A stretch of 57,685 bases of DNA from an uncultured Lentisphaerota bacterium (GTDB lineage Bacteria; Verrucomicrobiota; Kiritimatiellia; RFP12; UBA1067): assembly GCA_900321255.1 (NCBI GenBank), contig ONVK01000003.1, forward strand, positions 1-57,685, read 5' to 3'. The notes beneath the pieces were generated by a model. It was not told where the DNA came from. It ran no database searches and saw only the letters and a list, made by a program, of their open reading frames with translations. A program made the translations under genes and the position numbers. Shown in pieces: positions 35,966 through 47,154 of this stretch; position 1 is the stretch's first letter, and each line of letters begins with the position of its first letter.

Positions 35966-36225
35966 ATGAAAAAGGGTCTCTTCCTTCTCGCTGCCATCGC
36001 GGCGATTGCCTTCTCTACTCTGTCCTGAAGCCGTGGATCGCCGAACATGCCCCCGGCCGCGTTCCGACGCTCCAGGCGGCATTCAGGAAATGGGCCGACG
36101 CGCAGATTGCAAACGGCGTTGCCGACAACTGGTACTACGAATGGGCGGGCTGGGGCACTCTGATGAAGCGTGACGCGTCCTTTGACTCTGCGGAACGTCT
36201 GGCCTTAGGCGCAATGAGCCGCTAA
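35966..36225 (+). pseudogene. Remnant of a secreted protein gene (signal peptide plus an out-of-frame internal fragment)
   Basis: TGATACAAT 6 nt before ATG 35966; 20-codon signal-peptide-like ORF MKKGLFLLAAIAAIAFSTLS*. A different frame reads LYSVLKPWIAEHAPGRVPTLQAAFRKWADAQIANGVADNWYYEW... to TAA 36225. Confidence 0.5.
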
Positions 36226-36259
36226 TTTCCCCGGCGTTTTGCCGCGCGGCGCATGAATG

Positions 36260-36268
36260 TGGTATAAT
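36260..36268 (+). promoter_or_regulatory. Extended -10 element (TGTGGTATAAT) for prs-pth
   Basis: Consensus match upstream of a GAAAGGA RBS and ATG 36297. Confidence 0.7.
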
Positions 36269-36296
36269 ATACCCAGACTTTGAAAGGAACAGCTTT

Positions 36297-37256
36297 ATGA
36301 ACAATGACTTCATGGTGTTCTCAGGCACGGCGAACCTGCCGCTCGCGGAGAAGGTTGCGAACTACCTCGGACGTCCGCTCGACAAGATCGACATCAAGCA
36401 CTTCCCCGACGGCGAGACGTTCTGCCAGGTGATCGACTCGGTGCGCGGGCGCGACGTGTTCGTGATCCAGTCGGGCTCGCCGGCCCCGAACGACGCATAC
36501 ATGGAGCTCTTCATCATCATGGACGCCCTGAAGCGCGGCTCCGCTGCGAGAATCACGGCGATTCTCCCGTACTACGGCTACGCGCGCCAGGACCGCAAGG
36601 ACCAGCCGCGCGTCCCGATCACCGCTCGCCTCATCGCGAACCTCCTGCAGAAGGCGGGTGCAGACCGCGTGATCGCCATGGACCTCCACGCGAACCAGAT
36701 CCAGGGCTTCTTCGACATTCCCCTCGACCACCTCAAGGCCGAGCCCGTGATCCTCAAGTACATCCGCGACCAGCACTGGGCGAGCCCCATCGTCGTAGCG
36801 CCCGACACCGGCGGGGCGAAGACGGCCTACGGCTACAGCCGCAAGCTGAAGTGCGGGCTCGCGATCGTCGCGAAGCAGCGCACGGGCGGAGACACCGTAG
36901 ACGCGTTTTCCGTCGTCGGCGACGTCAAGGGCCACGACGTCATCATGATCGACGACATGACCGCGACGGGCGGCACGCTTTCCGCCGCGGCGAAGATGTG
37001 CCGCGACAACGGCGCGAAGTCGGTGCATGCGTTCGTCTCGCACTTCCCGCTTACCGAGAAGGGCGTAGAGCGGCTTATGAAGGAGGTGCAGCTCGACGAG
37101 CTCGTCGTCACCGATTCGATTCCGCTCCGCGCGGGTTTCGACCCGGCGAAGCTTCCCTTCAAGCTCACGCAGCTCTCCGTCGCTCCGCTTATCGGCGAGG
37201 CCATACGCCGCACCCACCTGAACGAATCGATTAACGACCTCTTCAACCACGAGTGA
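36297..37256 (+). CDS. prs: Ribose-phosphate pyrophosphokinase
   Basis: FPDGE, PYYGYARQDRK, MDLHANQIQGFFD, VAPDTGG and IDDMTATGGT. Confidence 0.96.
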   Translation: MNNDFMVFSGTANLPLAEKVANYLGRPLDKIDIKHFPDGETFCQVIDSVRGRDVFVIQSGSPAPNDAYMELFIIMDALKRGSAARITAILPYYGYARQDRKDQPRVPITARLIANLLQKAGADRVIAMDLHANQIQGFFDIPLDHLKAEPVILKYIRDQHWASPIVVAPDTGGAKTAYGYSRKLKCGLAIVAKQRTGGDTVDAFSVVGDVKGHDVIMIDDMTATGGTLSAAAKMCRDNGAKSVHAFVSHFPLTEKGVERLMKEVQLDELVVTDSIPLRAGFDPAKLPFKLTQLSVAPLIGEAIRRTHLNESINDLFNHE

Positions 37257-37280
37257 AGTTGAAGAGCTGAAAGGTTGGGC

Positions 37281-37859
37281 TTGAAGGTCGTAGTAGGCCT
37301 GGGAAATCCCGGTGCGCAGTATGCCAATACTCCGCATTCGGTCGGTTTCGAGGTCGTTGACCGCATCGCCGCCGAGTGCGGCGCGGTCTGGGAGGAGAAG
37401 CGGCAGTTCAAGTGCCTCATGGCGCGGGCGACCCTTGCGGGCCAGGCCGTCCTGCTTGTGAAGCCGCAGACCTACATGAACCTTTCGGGCGACTCGGTCG
37501 CGCCTGTCGTGAAGTACCACAACGCGACGGCGGCCGATCTTCTCGTGGTCCAGGACGACATCGATCTCGCGGTGGGGAAGCTCCGCATCCGCAAGGCGGG
37601 CTCATGCGGCGGACACAACGGGATACGAAACATCATAGAGCGGCTCGGCACGCAGGGGTTCGTGCGGATCAAGCTTGGCGTCGGCAAGGACAAGTCAAAC
37701 GTGGTGGGACACGTGCTCGGCAAGTTTGATCCCGAGTCGCGCGCAGTCATGGACCGCGTCGTTGAGGCGGCCGCGAAGGCGGCGGCAGCCGTCGTTTCGG
37801 AGGGGCCCGACAGGGCGATGAACGCATACAACGGATTTGATGCAAAAATCCCTGTGTAG
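37281..37859 (+). CDS. pth: Peptidyl-tRNA hydrolase
   Basis: VGLGNPG, KPQTYMNLSG, DDIDL and GGHNG. TTG start (37275 or 37281). Confidence 0.93.
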   Translation: MKVVVGLGNPGAQYANTPHSVGFEVVDRIAAECGAVWEEKRQFKCLMARATLAGQAVLLVKPQTYMNLSGDSVAPVVKYHNATAADLLVVQDDIDLAVGKLRIRKAGSCGGHNGIRNIIERLGTQGFVRIKLGVGKDKSNVVGHVLGKFDPESRAVMDRVVEAAAKAAAAVVSEGPDRAMNAYNGFDAKIPV

Positions 37860-37873
37860 AACTGAGCGGTTTT

Positions 37874-37882
37874 TGGTATAAT
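37874..37882 (+). promoter_or_regulatory. Extended -10 element (TGGTATAAT)
   Basis: Upstream of an AAGGAG RBS and GTG 37903. Confidence 0.65.
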
Positions 37883-37902
37883 TATGTCTTAAGGAGAAGT
37901 TT

Positions 37903-39276
37903 GTGAACACGATTCCATATAAGACATATCTCGAAGAGAACGAGCTGCCTGAATGTTGGTACAACATGCGCGCGGACATGAAAAAGAAGCCCGCGCCGCT
38001 CCTCAACCCCGCGACTGGAGCGCCTTGCACGGCAGAGGACCTTTCGCACGTGTTCTGCGACGAACTTGTCGCGCAGGAGCTTGACGAGACAACGCCGCTT
38101 TTCAAGATACCGAAGTCGATCCGCGACTTCTACAGGATGTTCCGCCCTTCGCCGCTCGTGAGGGCGTACTTCCTCGAAGAGGCGCTTGGCACGCCGGCGA
38201 AGATATACTACAAGTTCGAGGGCAACAACACCTCCGGCTCCCACAAGCTCAACTCCGCCGTCGCGCAGGCGTACTATGCGAAGGCGCAGGGGCTCAAGGG
38301 CGTGACGACCGAGACGGGCGCGGGCCAGTGGGGAACGGCGCTTTCGATGGCGTGCGCGTTCTTCGGTCTCGACTGCCGCGTCTTCATGGTGAAGTGCTCC
38401 TACGAGCAGAAGCCGTTCCGCCGCGAGGTGATGCGCACGTACGGCGCGAGCGTCACGCCTTCGCCTTCGACGGAGACCGAAGTCGGCCGCCTCATCAACG
38501 CCGAGCATCCCGGCACGACCGGCTCGCTTGGCTGCGCGATCTCCGAGGCGGTGGAAGTGGCGGTCAAGACGCCCGGCTACCGCTATGTGCTCGGCTCGGT
38601 TCTCAACCAGGTGCTCCTTCACCAGTCGATCATCGGCCTCGAGGCGCGCGCGGCGTTCAGAAAGCTCGGCGTAAAGCCCGACGTGATCATCGGCTGCGCG
38701 GGCGGCGGCTCCAACCTCGGCGGCCTCATCGCGCCTTTCATGGGCGAGAAGCTGCGCGGCGAGGCAGACTACCGCATCGTCGCCGTCGAGCCGGCGAGCT
38801 GCCCGTCGTTTACGCGCGGCAAGTACGCCTACGACTACTGCGACACCGGGCGCATCTGCCCGCTTGCGAAGATGTACACGCTCGGCGCGGACTTCATCCC
38901 CTCGCCGAGCCACGCGGGAGGCCTAAGGTTCCACGGCATGAGCTCGACGCTCTCCGAGCTCTACGACCAGAAGCTCATGGAGGCGGTGAGCGTGAAGCAG
39001 ACCGACGTGTTCGCGGCCGCACAGCAGTTCGCGCGCACCGAGGGCATACTCCCCGCGCCGGAGTCGAGCCACGCGATACGCGCCGCGATCGACGAGGCGC
39101 TCAAGTGCAAGGCCGAGGGCAGGGAGGAGACGATCCTCTTCGGGCTCACCGGCACCGGATATTTCGACATGAAGGCCTACGAGGCGTTCAACGACGGAAC
39201 GTTGAGCGACTACGAGCCGACGGACGAAGACCTCGAGCGCAGCTTCGCAAAGCTGCCGAAGGTCGTGGCAAGGTAA
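37903..39276 (+). CDS. trpB2: TrpB2-type tryptophan synthase beta chain (stand-alone, PLP-dependent)
   Basis: P..WYN N-terminal extension, SGSHKLNSA, TETGAGQWG, GSLGCAISEA, GGGSN and PAPESSHAI. No trpA nearby. Confidence 0.9.
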   Translation: MNTIPYKTYLEENELPECWYNMRADMKKKPAPLLNPATGAPCTAEDLSHVFCDELVAQELDETTPLFKIPKSIRDFYRMFRPSPLVRAYFLEEALGTPAKIYYKFEGNNTSGSHKLNSAVAQAYYAKAQGLKGVTTETGAGQWGTALSMACAFFGLDCRVFMVKCSYEQKPFRREVMRTYGASVTPSPSTETEVGRLINAEHPGTTGSLGCAISEAVEVAVKTPGYRYVLGSVLNQVLLHQSIIGLEARAAFRKLGVKPDVIIGCAGGGSNLGGLIAPFMGEKLRGEADYRIVAVEPASCPSFTRGKYAYDYCDTGRICPLAKMYTLGADFIPSPSHAGGLRFHGMSSTLSELYDQKLMEAVSVKQTDVFAAAQQFARTEGILPAPESSHAIRAAIDEALKCKAEGREETILFGLTGTGYFDMKAYEAFNDGTLSDYEPTDEDLERSFAKLPKVVAR

Positions 39277-39298
39277 TTTAATCCCAAGGAAAAAGACT

Positions 39299-40695
<1,397 letters not shown>

Positions 40696-40696
<1 letters not shown>

Positions 40697-41634
40697 TGGC
40701 CAAGCTCTCCCAGCCCTCCTACATGAAGTGGCTGCCGCCGAAGACGACGGCGACCATTTCGCGCTGCGAGTTCTTCGGGCGCACGATGAAGTCCGGTTTC
40801 ATCTCCGGGCGCCACCGTTCGCCGAAGAAGGGCAATTCCGTCGAATTCGCGGAGCACCGCCAGTACATGCCGGGCGACGATTTGAGAACGCTCGACTGGA
40901 AGGTGCTCGGACGCAAGGATCGTCTCTACATCCGCCAGTACGAGGAAGAGACCAACCTCCGCACGACGATTCTCCTTGACTGCTCGGGGTCGATGGCCTA
41001 CGGCGGCGACGCGGCGGCGGAGCTCGACGGGAAGAAGCTCACCAAGTTCGACTACGCGCGCTATCTCGCGGCCGGCATCACCTACATGTTCTCCGGCCAG
41101 CAGGACGCCGTCGGTCTCGTCACTTTCGACACGAAGATACGCGAGTACCTCCCGGCGAAGTCGTCTGCGTCGCAGACACGGCGCATACTCGAGTTCCTCG
41201 ACAAGTCGAAGCCGGGCGGCGAGACCGACCCCGCGCCGGTAATCAACGACATCGCCGAGCGCATCCCGTCGCGCGGCCTCGTCGTGGTGATATCCGACCT
41301 CTTCACGCAGGACGCCGACGCGCTTGTCAAGGCGCTGCACCACTTCACGTTCCGGAAGCACGAGATCGTCGTCCTCCACGTGATGGCCGAGGAGGAGCTC
41401 ACCTTCGGCTTCGACGGACACGTGCACTTCGAGAACCTCGAGGGGCCCGACGAGATGATGATCGACGCGAAGTCGATCAGGGCGAGCTACCTCGAGCAGG
41501 TCAACGCCTTTCTCAAGAAGATCGGCGACGGCGTCAGGAAGACGGGCGCGGACTACGCGCCGATGAACACGAAGATCCCGTTCGACAAGGCGCTCGTCGA
41601 GTACCTGTCGCGCAGGCGGAGCGGGGGGAGGTAG
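40696..41634 (+). CDS. DUF58 (vWA-like) protein
   Basis: GRHRS..KG.SVEFAEHRQYMPGDDLR.LDWK, DCSGSM and ISDLF. Confidence 0.9.
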
Positions 41635-41637
41635 GCC

Positions 41638-44469
41638 ATGCAGTTCATAAACATGGCGATGCTCTTCGCGCTCGCGGCCGTCGCGATACCGATCATCATC
41701 CAGATCTTCACCCGCAAGAACGCGCGGAAGATCCAGTGGGGCGCGTGGCTGTTCCTCGACAAGACGATGAAGAAGCGCAAGAGGAAGGTGCTTCTCGAGG
41801 ACATCCTCCTCCTCGCGAGCCGCTGCCTCGCCGTCGGTCTTCTCGCGCTCGCGTTCGCGCGTCCGTTCGTTAGGCCCGATTCCCCGGTTCCGTGGGCCGT
41901 CACCATGCCCGTGATGCTCCTCTCGATAGTGGCGATCGGCATCTCCTTCGCGCTCTGGCGCTATCCGAAGCACCGGCTCATCATGATGGCGCTCGGCATC
42001 CTGCTCTTCGTCCTCTCCATCGCGACAATCGTGTTCGAGCGCCAGCTCAACCTCAAGCGCTTCGGCCTCGGAGCGACAAAGGACGTCGTCCTCATAATCG
42101 ACGGCTCTGCGTCGATGTCGATCGTCAACGACGGGAAGACCAACTTCGAGCGCGCTGTCGAGGAGGCGAAGAAGTACGTCGAGAACGCGCCTCGCAACAC
42201 GTCTTTCGCAGTGATCATCGGCGGCCCCGTGCCTCAGGTGATGAACCCGGTGCCGATCGCCGACAAGCGCGTGATACTCTCGACGCTCGACCGCCTCTAC
42301 ATCGCGAACGGCACGATGCAGATAGCGGGCAACCTGACCGCGGCGGCCGTGACGCTTGCGCAGGGCCACAACGCCGTCAAGCAGATCGTGATAGTCGGCG
42401 ACGGCCAGACGGTCGGCTGGCAGCTCGAGGACAAGGAGCGCTGGAAGACGATCGGGCGCGTGTTCTCCTCCCTCAAGACCCAGCCGATCGTGACATGGCG
42501 CACGCTCCCGCTTCCGACGTCGATAAGGAACCTTGCCGTCGGGTCGGTCCGCCCGTCGCGCGACATCGTGGGCACAGACCGCGACGTGAACCTTCAGGTG
42601 ACTGTCGTGAACGCCGGCACCGAGGCGGTCACGCCGAAGAACGTGTCCCTCACCGTCGAGGGCGAGGTCAAGAAGGCGCACGACCTTCGCCAGCTCGAAC
42701 CGGGCGAGGAGCAGACGTTCACCTTCACCCACCGGTTCGCGAAGGCGGGCGGGGCGATAGTCTCGGCGAAGGTTGAGTCGGGCGACGATCTGCCAGCGGA
42801 CGACGTCTACAAGTACGCGATGCCCGTCCTCGACAGCCTGCGCGTCCTTCTCGTCGACGGCAACGCGGGCGCGCCGCTGATGAAGCGCTCCGCGACCTTT
42901 ACCGGCCTTGCGCTCAGGCCAGAGATGGCGGCGCTCACAGGCGAGTCGCAGACGAGGGAGTTCCTCCTTGAGACCGTCGTTGAGGACGTCACGACCGCAG
43001 GCCAGCGGCGCAACTTCGGCGGCTTCTCGGCTGTTATACTTGCGGGCGTGCGGCGCCTTTCCGGCGAGACCAGAGACGCGCTCGCGCGGTTCGTCTCGGT
43101 GGGAGGCGGGCTTCTCGTCATGCCTGCGCCCGGGCTCGACGGAAAGTTCTTCGACGAGTGGACGGCCGACGGACGCAAGGTGATGCCGGCTCCGTTCGGC
43201 GCCTGGCGCAGGAACGAGTCTGCGCTTGACCCGAACGCCTTCCGCGAGATGTTCCTGCGCTTCCGCACGGGCACCGACCTCGGCACGGCGACGCCAGAGC
43301 GCATCGTCGAGTTCAGCGAGGGCTGGTCGTCCAACGCGGTCGTGACGGCGAAGCTGGCCGACGGCACGCCGTTCGTCGTGGCGCATACTCTGGGGCGCGG
43401 CATGGTCGTCGAGACGGCGGCCCTCTTCGACACGGCGTCTGGCCTCGTCTCGAAGCGCGGGTTCGTGCCGATGGTGCATGAGCTCGTCTATTCGCTCGCG
43501 CGACCCGCGTCCGTCTCGCTCGACGTCCGTCCGGCCGAGGGGCTGACGCTTCTCGTCGCAAGCGGGGCCTCGGGCGCCGAAATAGCCGGAGAACAGGGCC
43601 TCATGGGATACTATTTCCCAAAGCTCGGCTGCCTCGGCAAGCCGGTCACGCGCATGGAGAGCAAGATCGCCTTCAACTGGGGCGGGGGAGGCCCGCTGCC
43701 GGACTTCCCGGGGGACAACTGGTCGGCGCGCTGGCGCGGCGTCATCAGAGTGCCCGAGAGCGGCAGCTACAAAATCTGGTGGGACGTGGACGACCGCTTC
43801 TGGCTGAAGATCGGAGGCAAGGAGGTCGGCAACAAGACGTACGTCAGGTTTGAGAAGGACAAGCCATACGCCTTCGAGGGGAAGTTCGAGGAAGACGGCG
43901 GCGGCGCCTATGTCACGCTCAAATGGCAGAAGCCGGACGGCAAGCGCGAGGAGCAGATACCGGCTTCTGTATTCTCCATGAGCGCGGCCGGCGTCGAGGG
44001 CGCTGGCGATATCGTGGAGATGACGGATCCGCACGGCGAGACGTTCTACGCCGAGATGTTCCAGGGCGCCGAAGGCCTTTTCCTCAGGATTACTCGAAGC
44101 GTCATCCCCGGCGTCTACGCCGTCAACGCGGTCCCCGAAACGCTCAGGGACTCTTGCCGCGGTGTGATGGACCAGGAAGGGCGCATACGGTTCACGGTTT
44201 CGTCGGGCGTCGAGGAGTCGACCATGACGGCGATCACGCAGAACGAACTCTCGGATCTCTGCAACTACGTCCAGATATCCCAGGCGATAAAGGATGAGGA
44301 CGTCATAAAGGCCATAGGAGGGCAGAGCTTCGGCAAGGAGGTGTGGCGCATCCTCGCGTTCGTGGCGTTCCTCTTCCTCGTCACTGAGCCCGCGATCGCG
44401 CGCTGGATAGCGATCAACCGCCGCACGGGCGACATCATCGACACGGAGGGTTCATGGATCAGAACGTAA
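41638..44469 (+). CDS. BatA-N/vWA membrane protein with Ig-like, GATase-like and PA14 domains
   Basis: BatA-type N-terminus (PIIIQ...ARP), MIDAS DGSASM, a PA14-like segment (GYYF...FNWGGGGP...WSARWRG...DD) and a C-terminal TM. Confidence 0.75.
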   Translation: MQFINMAMLFALAAVAIPIIIQIFTRKNARKIQWGAWLFLDKTMKKRKRKVLLEDILLLASRCLAVGLLALAFARPFVRPDSPVPWAVTMPVMLLSIVAIGISFALWRYPKHRLIMMALGILLFVLSIATIVFERQLNLKRFGLGATKDVVLIIDGSASMSIVNDGKTNFERAVEEAKKYVENAPRNTSFAVIIGGPVPQVMNPVPIADKRVILSTLDRLYIANGTMQIAGNLTAAAVTLAQGHNAVKQIVIVGDGQTVGWQLEDKERWKTIGRVFSSLKTQPIVTWRTLPLPTSIRNLAVGSVRPSRDIVGTDRDVNLQVTVVNAGTEAVTPKNVSLTVEGEVKKAHDLRQLEPGEEQTFTFTHRFAKAGGAIVSAKVESGDDLPADDVYKYAMPVLDSLRVLLVDGNAGAPLMKRSATFTGLALRPEMAALTGESQTREFLLETVVEDVTTAGQRRNFGGFSAVILAGVRRLSGETRDALARFVSVGGGLLVMPAPGLDGKFFDEWTADGRKVMPAPFGAWRRNESALDPNAFREMFLRFRTGTDLGTATPERIVEFSEGWSSNAVVTAKLADGTPFVVAHTLGRGMVVETAALFDTASGLVSKRGFVPMVHELVYSLARPASVSLDVRPAEGLTLLVASGASGAEIAGEQGLMGYYFPKLGCLGKPVTRMESKIAFNWGGGGPLPDFPGDNWSARWRGVIRVPESGSYKIWWDVDDRFWLKIGGKEVGNKTYVRFEKDKPYAFEGKFEEDGGGAYVTLKWQKPDGKREEQIPASVFSMSAAGVEGAGDIVEMTDPHGETFYAEMFQGAEGLFLRITRSVIPGVYAVNAVPETLRDSCRGVMDQEGRIRFTVSSGVEESTMTAITQNELSDLCNYVQISQAIKDEDVIKAIGGQSFGKEVWRILAFVAFLFLVTEPAIARWIAINRRTGDIIDTEGSWIRT

Positions 44470-47150
44470 TACGCACCGACCTGCTTCCCGAGTCGATGGC
44501 TCTTTGGATAATCGCGCTCCTCGCCCTTATGGGGGTCGCGGCGTGGGTGGCGTGCCACTGGGCGGTGAAGCGCTATGCGGCGAACAGGCTGAACGTCTGG
44601 TACAGGGCTCTTCTCAGCGTGCCGCTCGGCACCATCGCGTGCTGGCTCGTACTGCAGACCCTCGCGCGCATGATGTTCCTCGCGACGCCGTGGTCGCTGT
44701 TTCTCGCGTCCGTAATGGGCGCCGTGTCCGTCGAGGCCGTCAGCGCGTTCTACGGCCACGAATGCGCGCGCGTCCCGCCGAAGACGGCGAAGATCCTTGT
44801 CGCGTGCCGCATGGCCGCGGTGATATTCACGCTTCTCGTCCTGATGCAGCCCGTCATAATAGGCGAGCGCGAGCGCACGGTAAAGGAGCGGGTTCTTGTT
44901 CTCGTCGACGACTCGGCGTCCATGCACTTCAGGGATACGCTGATGACGCCCGACGAGAAGAAGGATCTCGCCGCCGCGCTCAAGCTCGAGAAGCTCCCCG
45001 ATGACGGCATGACGCGCGCGGAGATGGTCCGCATGCTGATAGCGGCAGGAGGAGACGACAGCTTCCTGAAGCGCACCGCCCGAAAGTACGAGGTGGACGT
45101 GTTCAGGTTCGGCAACGGCCTTCAGCGCGACGAGTCGATTGCCCAGGAGAAGCCCGTTGACGCGAAGGAGGAGATGTTCCGTTCGGTGACCGACGTCACA
45201 AAGGCCCTCGAGCTCGCCTTGAGGGAGGTGCCGGCGGAGGAGATAACCTCCATCATCATGTTCACCGACGGCATACACAACGGCGACGCCGGAGTCGAGT
45301 CGATCTCCCGCAAGCTCGGCGGCTACGGAATCCAGGTCTCGACCGTGCTTGTCGGAGGCAGCGTAAAGCCGTTCGACCTCGCCGTCGCGTCGGCCGACTC
45401 GCCGGAGTCCGTCTTCCTCGGAGACAAGGTTCGCTTCACCGTGCGCGTCTCGGCGACGCGCGCCAACGGACGCAAGGCGAAGATACACTTCTCCGACGAC
45501 AACGGCGAGCTCGACGTCAAGGAATTCACCGTCGAGGGCGACGACTGGTCGAAGGAGTTCAAGTTCACCGATATCCCGAAGGACCAGGGCGTCTACGGCT
45601 ACAACTTCACCGTGACCCACGTCGAAGGGGAGCTCTTCGACGACAACAACGAGCGCAGGCTCGAGGTCGCGGTTTCCGACGACCGCATGAACGTTCTGCT
45701 CGTGGACGGCCGCCCTCGCTGGGAGTACCGGTATCTGCGCAACCTCTTCTACGGCCGCGACAAGTCGGTGCATCTGCAGGACTGGCTCGTCCACCCCGAC
45801 TCGATCGCCGGCATCCAGCCGAAGCTCCTCGAATTCGCGAGCGCGTCGCGCCCGTTCGGCCAGTCTGAGGCGGGCGGTTGGCCCATACAGGACAACGACT
45901 GGCGGCAGTTCGACGTCATCATCATCGGCGACATAGGCGAGGACGTTCTGACGGAGGACGTCATCGAGCAGCTAAGGTACAACGTCGAGGACCGCGGTGC
46001 GCTTCTCGTCCTCATCTCGGGCTCCGAGTACATGCCTTACTCGATTACGAACCAGAAGCTGCGCGACCTCATGCCGATCGAGTACGAGCCGTCAGCGCAG
46101 AGCCGCCGTGTCGCTCCTGAGGACGCGTTCGTCTTCCAGCTCGCGGCAGCTGGCCGCGGCCATCCTGTTATGAACCAGAGCTCGTCCTCCTCCGAGAACG
46201 AGGACATCTGGGCCGACATACCCGACTTCCACTGGCGACTTCCGATTTCCGGCGTGAAGTCGGGCGCCGACATCCTCGCGTATGCGAAGCCGAAGAAGTC
46301 TTCGGGAGCCGATGACGCCGGCGCCATAGCGGAGTCCGTCGCGGCAACTATCGAGGAAAACCCCGAAGCCGCGCTGAAGCGGCTTGAGGACATGCGCGGC
46401 GAGCAGGGGCGCAACGCACTCGTCGTGGCGGGCGCGAAGGGCAAGGGCAAGGTGCTGATGCTGACGACCGACTCGATGTGGCGCCTCCGCTCCAAGACCG
46501 GCGACCAGCTGCACCACCGCTTCTGGGGGCAGATCATGCGCTGGGGCGCGGGCGAGAAGCTCAGGTGCGGCAACATGTACGTGCGCCTCGGCACCGACCA
46601 GCTGAGGTACGGCGCGGGCGAGACGGTGAAGGTCCTCGCCAGGTTCCTCGACGAGAAGCACAACGGTATCGACGGCCTCGATCCCCGCTTTATGGTCCGC
46701 GCGCCGAACATGGGCGCGAGAGTGTCTGTGTTCGATGCAAAGAAGCGCCCCGACTCCAACGGCCTCTACGAGGTGGAGATACACGGCTGCACGGCCCCAG
46801 GCCTGTACGAGGTGAGCCTCGACTGCCCCAAGGCGCAGGAGCTCCTCGGCCGCCGCTATCCGGCGGACAAGCTGAAGACGAGCTTTGTTGTCGTCACAAC
46901 CAAGCAGCCAGCCGAGAAGGTCGACATCGCGTCGACGCGCAACCACGTCGAGCGCGTCGCCTTGGCGACAGGCGGCAAGGTCCTGAAGCCGTCCGAGTAT
47001 ATCGCGCTCGCCAGCGATTTCGGCGGCGGCTCGAGACGCATCTCCGACCGCGTCGAGTTCCACCTCTGGTGCCTTCCTCCGCTGTTCCTCATCATCATCG
47101 GGCTGCTTACCGCGGAATGGATACTCCGGAAGCGCGCTTCGCTTGCATAA
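44454..47150 (+). CDS. Membrane-anchored vWA + glutamine-amidotransferase-like domain protein
   Basis: N-terminal TMs, DDSASM and FTDG (MIDAS), VLLVDGRPRWEYRYL, HHRFWGQIMRW and C-terminal EWILRKR. Confidence 0.75.
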   Translation: MDQNVIRTDLLPESMALWIIALLALMGVAAWVACHWAVKRYAANRLNVWYRALLSVPLGTIACWLVLQTLARMMFLATPWSLFLASVMGAVSVEAVSAFYGHECARVPPKTAKILVACRMAAVIFTLLVLMQPVIIGERERTVKERVLVLVDDSASMHFRDTLMTPDEKKDLAAALKLEKLPDDGMTRAEMVRMLIAAGGDDSFLKRTARKYEVDVFRFGNGLQRDESIAQEKPVDAKEEMFRSVTDVTKALELALREVPAEEITSIIMFTDGIHNGDAGVESISRKLGGYGIQVSTVLVGGSVKPFDLAVASADSPESVFLGDKVRFTVRVSATRANGRKAKIHFSDDNGELDVKEFTVEGDDWSKEFKFTDIPKDQGVYGYNFTVTHVEGELFDDNNERRLEVAVSDDRMNVLLVDGRPRWEYRYLRNLFYGRDKSVHLQDWLVHPDSIAGIQPKLLEFASASRPFGQSEAGGWPIQDNDWRQFDVIIIGDIGEDVLTEDVIEQLRYNVEDRGALLVLISGSEYMPYSITNQKLRDLMPIEYEPSAQSRRVAPEDAFVFQLAAAGRGHPVMNQSSSSSENEDIWADIPDFHWRLPISGVKSGADILAYAKPKKSSGADDAGAIAESVAATIEENPEAALKRLEDMRGEQGRNALVVAGAKGKGKVLMLTTDSMWRLRSKTGDQLHHRFWGQIMRWGAGEKLRCGNMYVRLGTDQLRYGAGETVKVLARFLDEKHNGIDGLDPRFMVRAPNMGARVSVFDAKKRPDSNGLYEVEIHGCTAPGLYEVSLDCPKAQELLGRRYPADKLKTSFVVVTTKQPAEKVDIASTRNHVERVALATGGKVLKPSEYIALASDFGGGSRRISDRVEFHLWCLPPLFLIIIGLLTAEWILRKRASLA

Positions 47151-47154
47151 TGCC

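Noticed and set aside
41632-41640. TAG readthrough fusing DUF58 to the in-frame BatA/vWA gene
   Set aside because: DUF58 ends at its normal C-terminus, and GGAGGT provides an RBS for ATG 41638.
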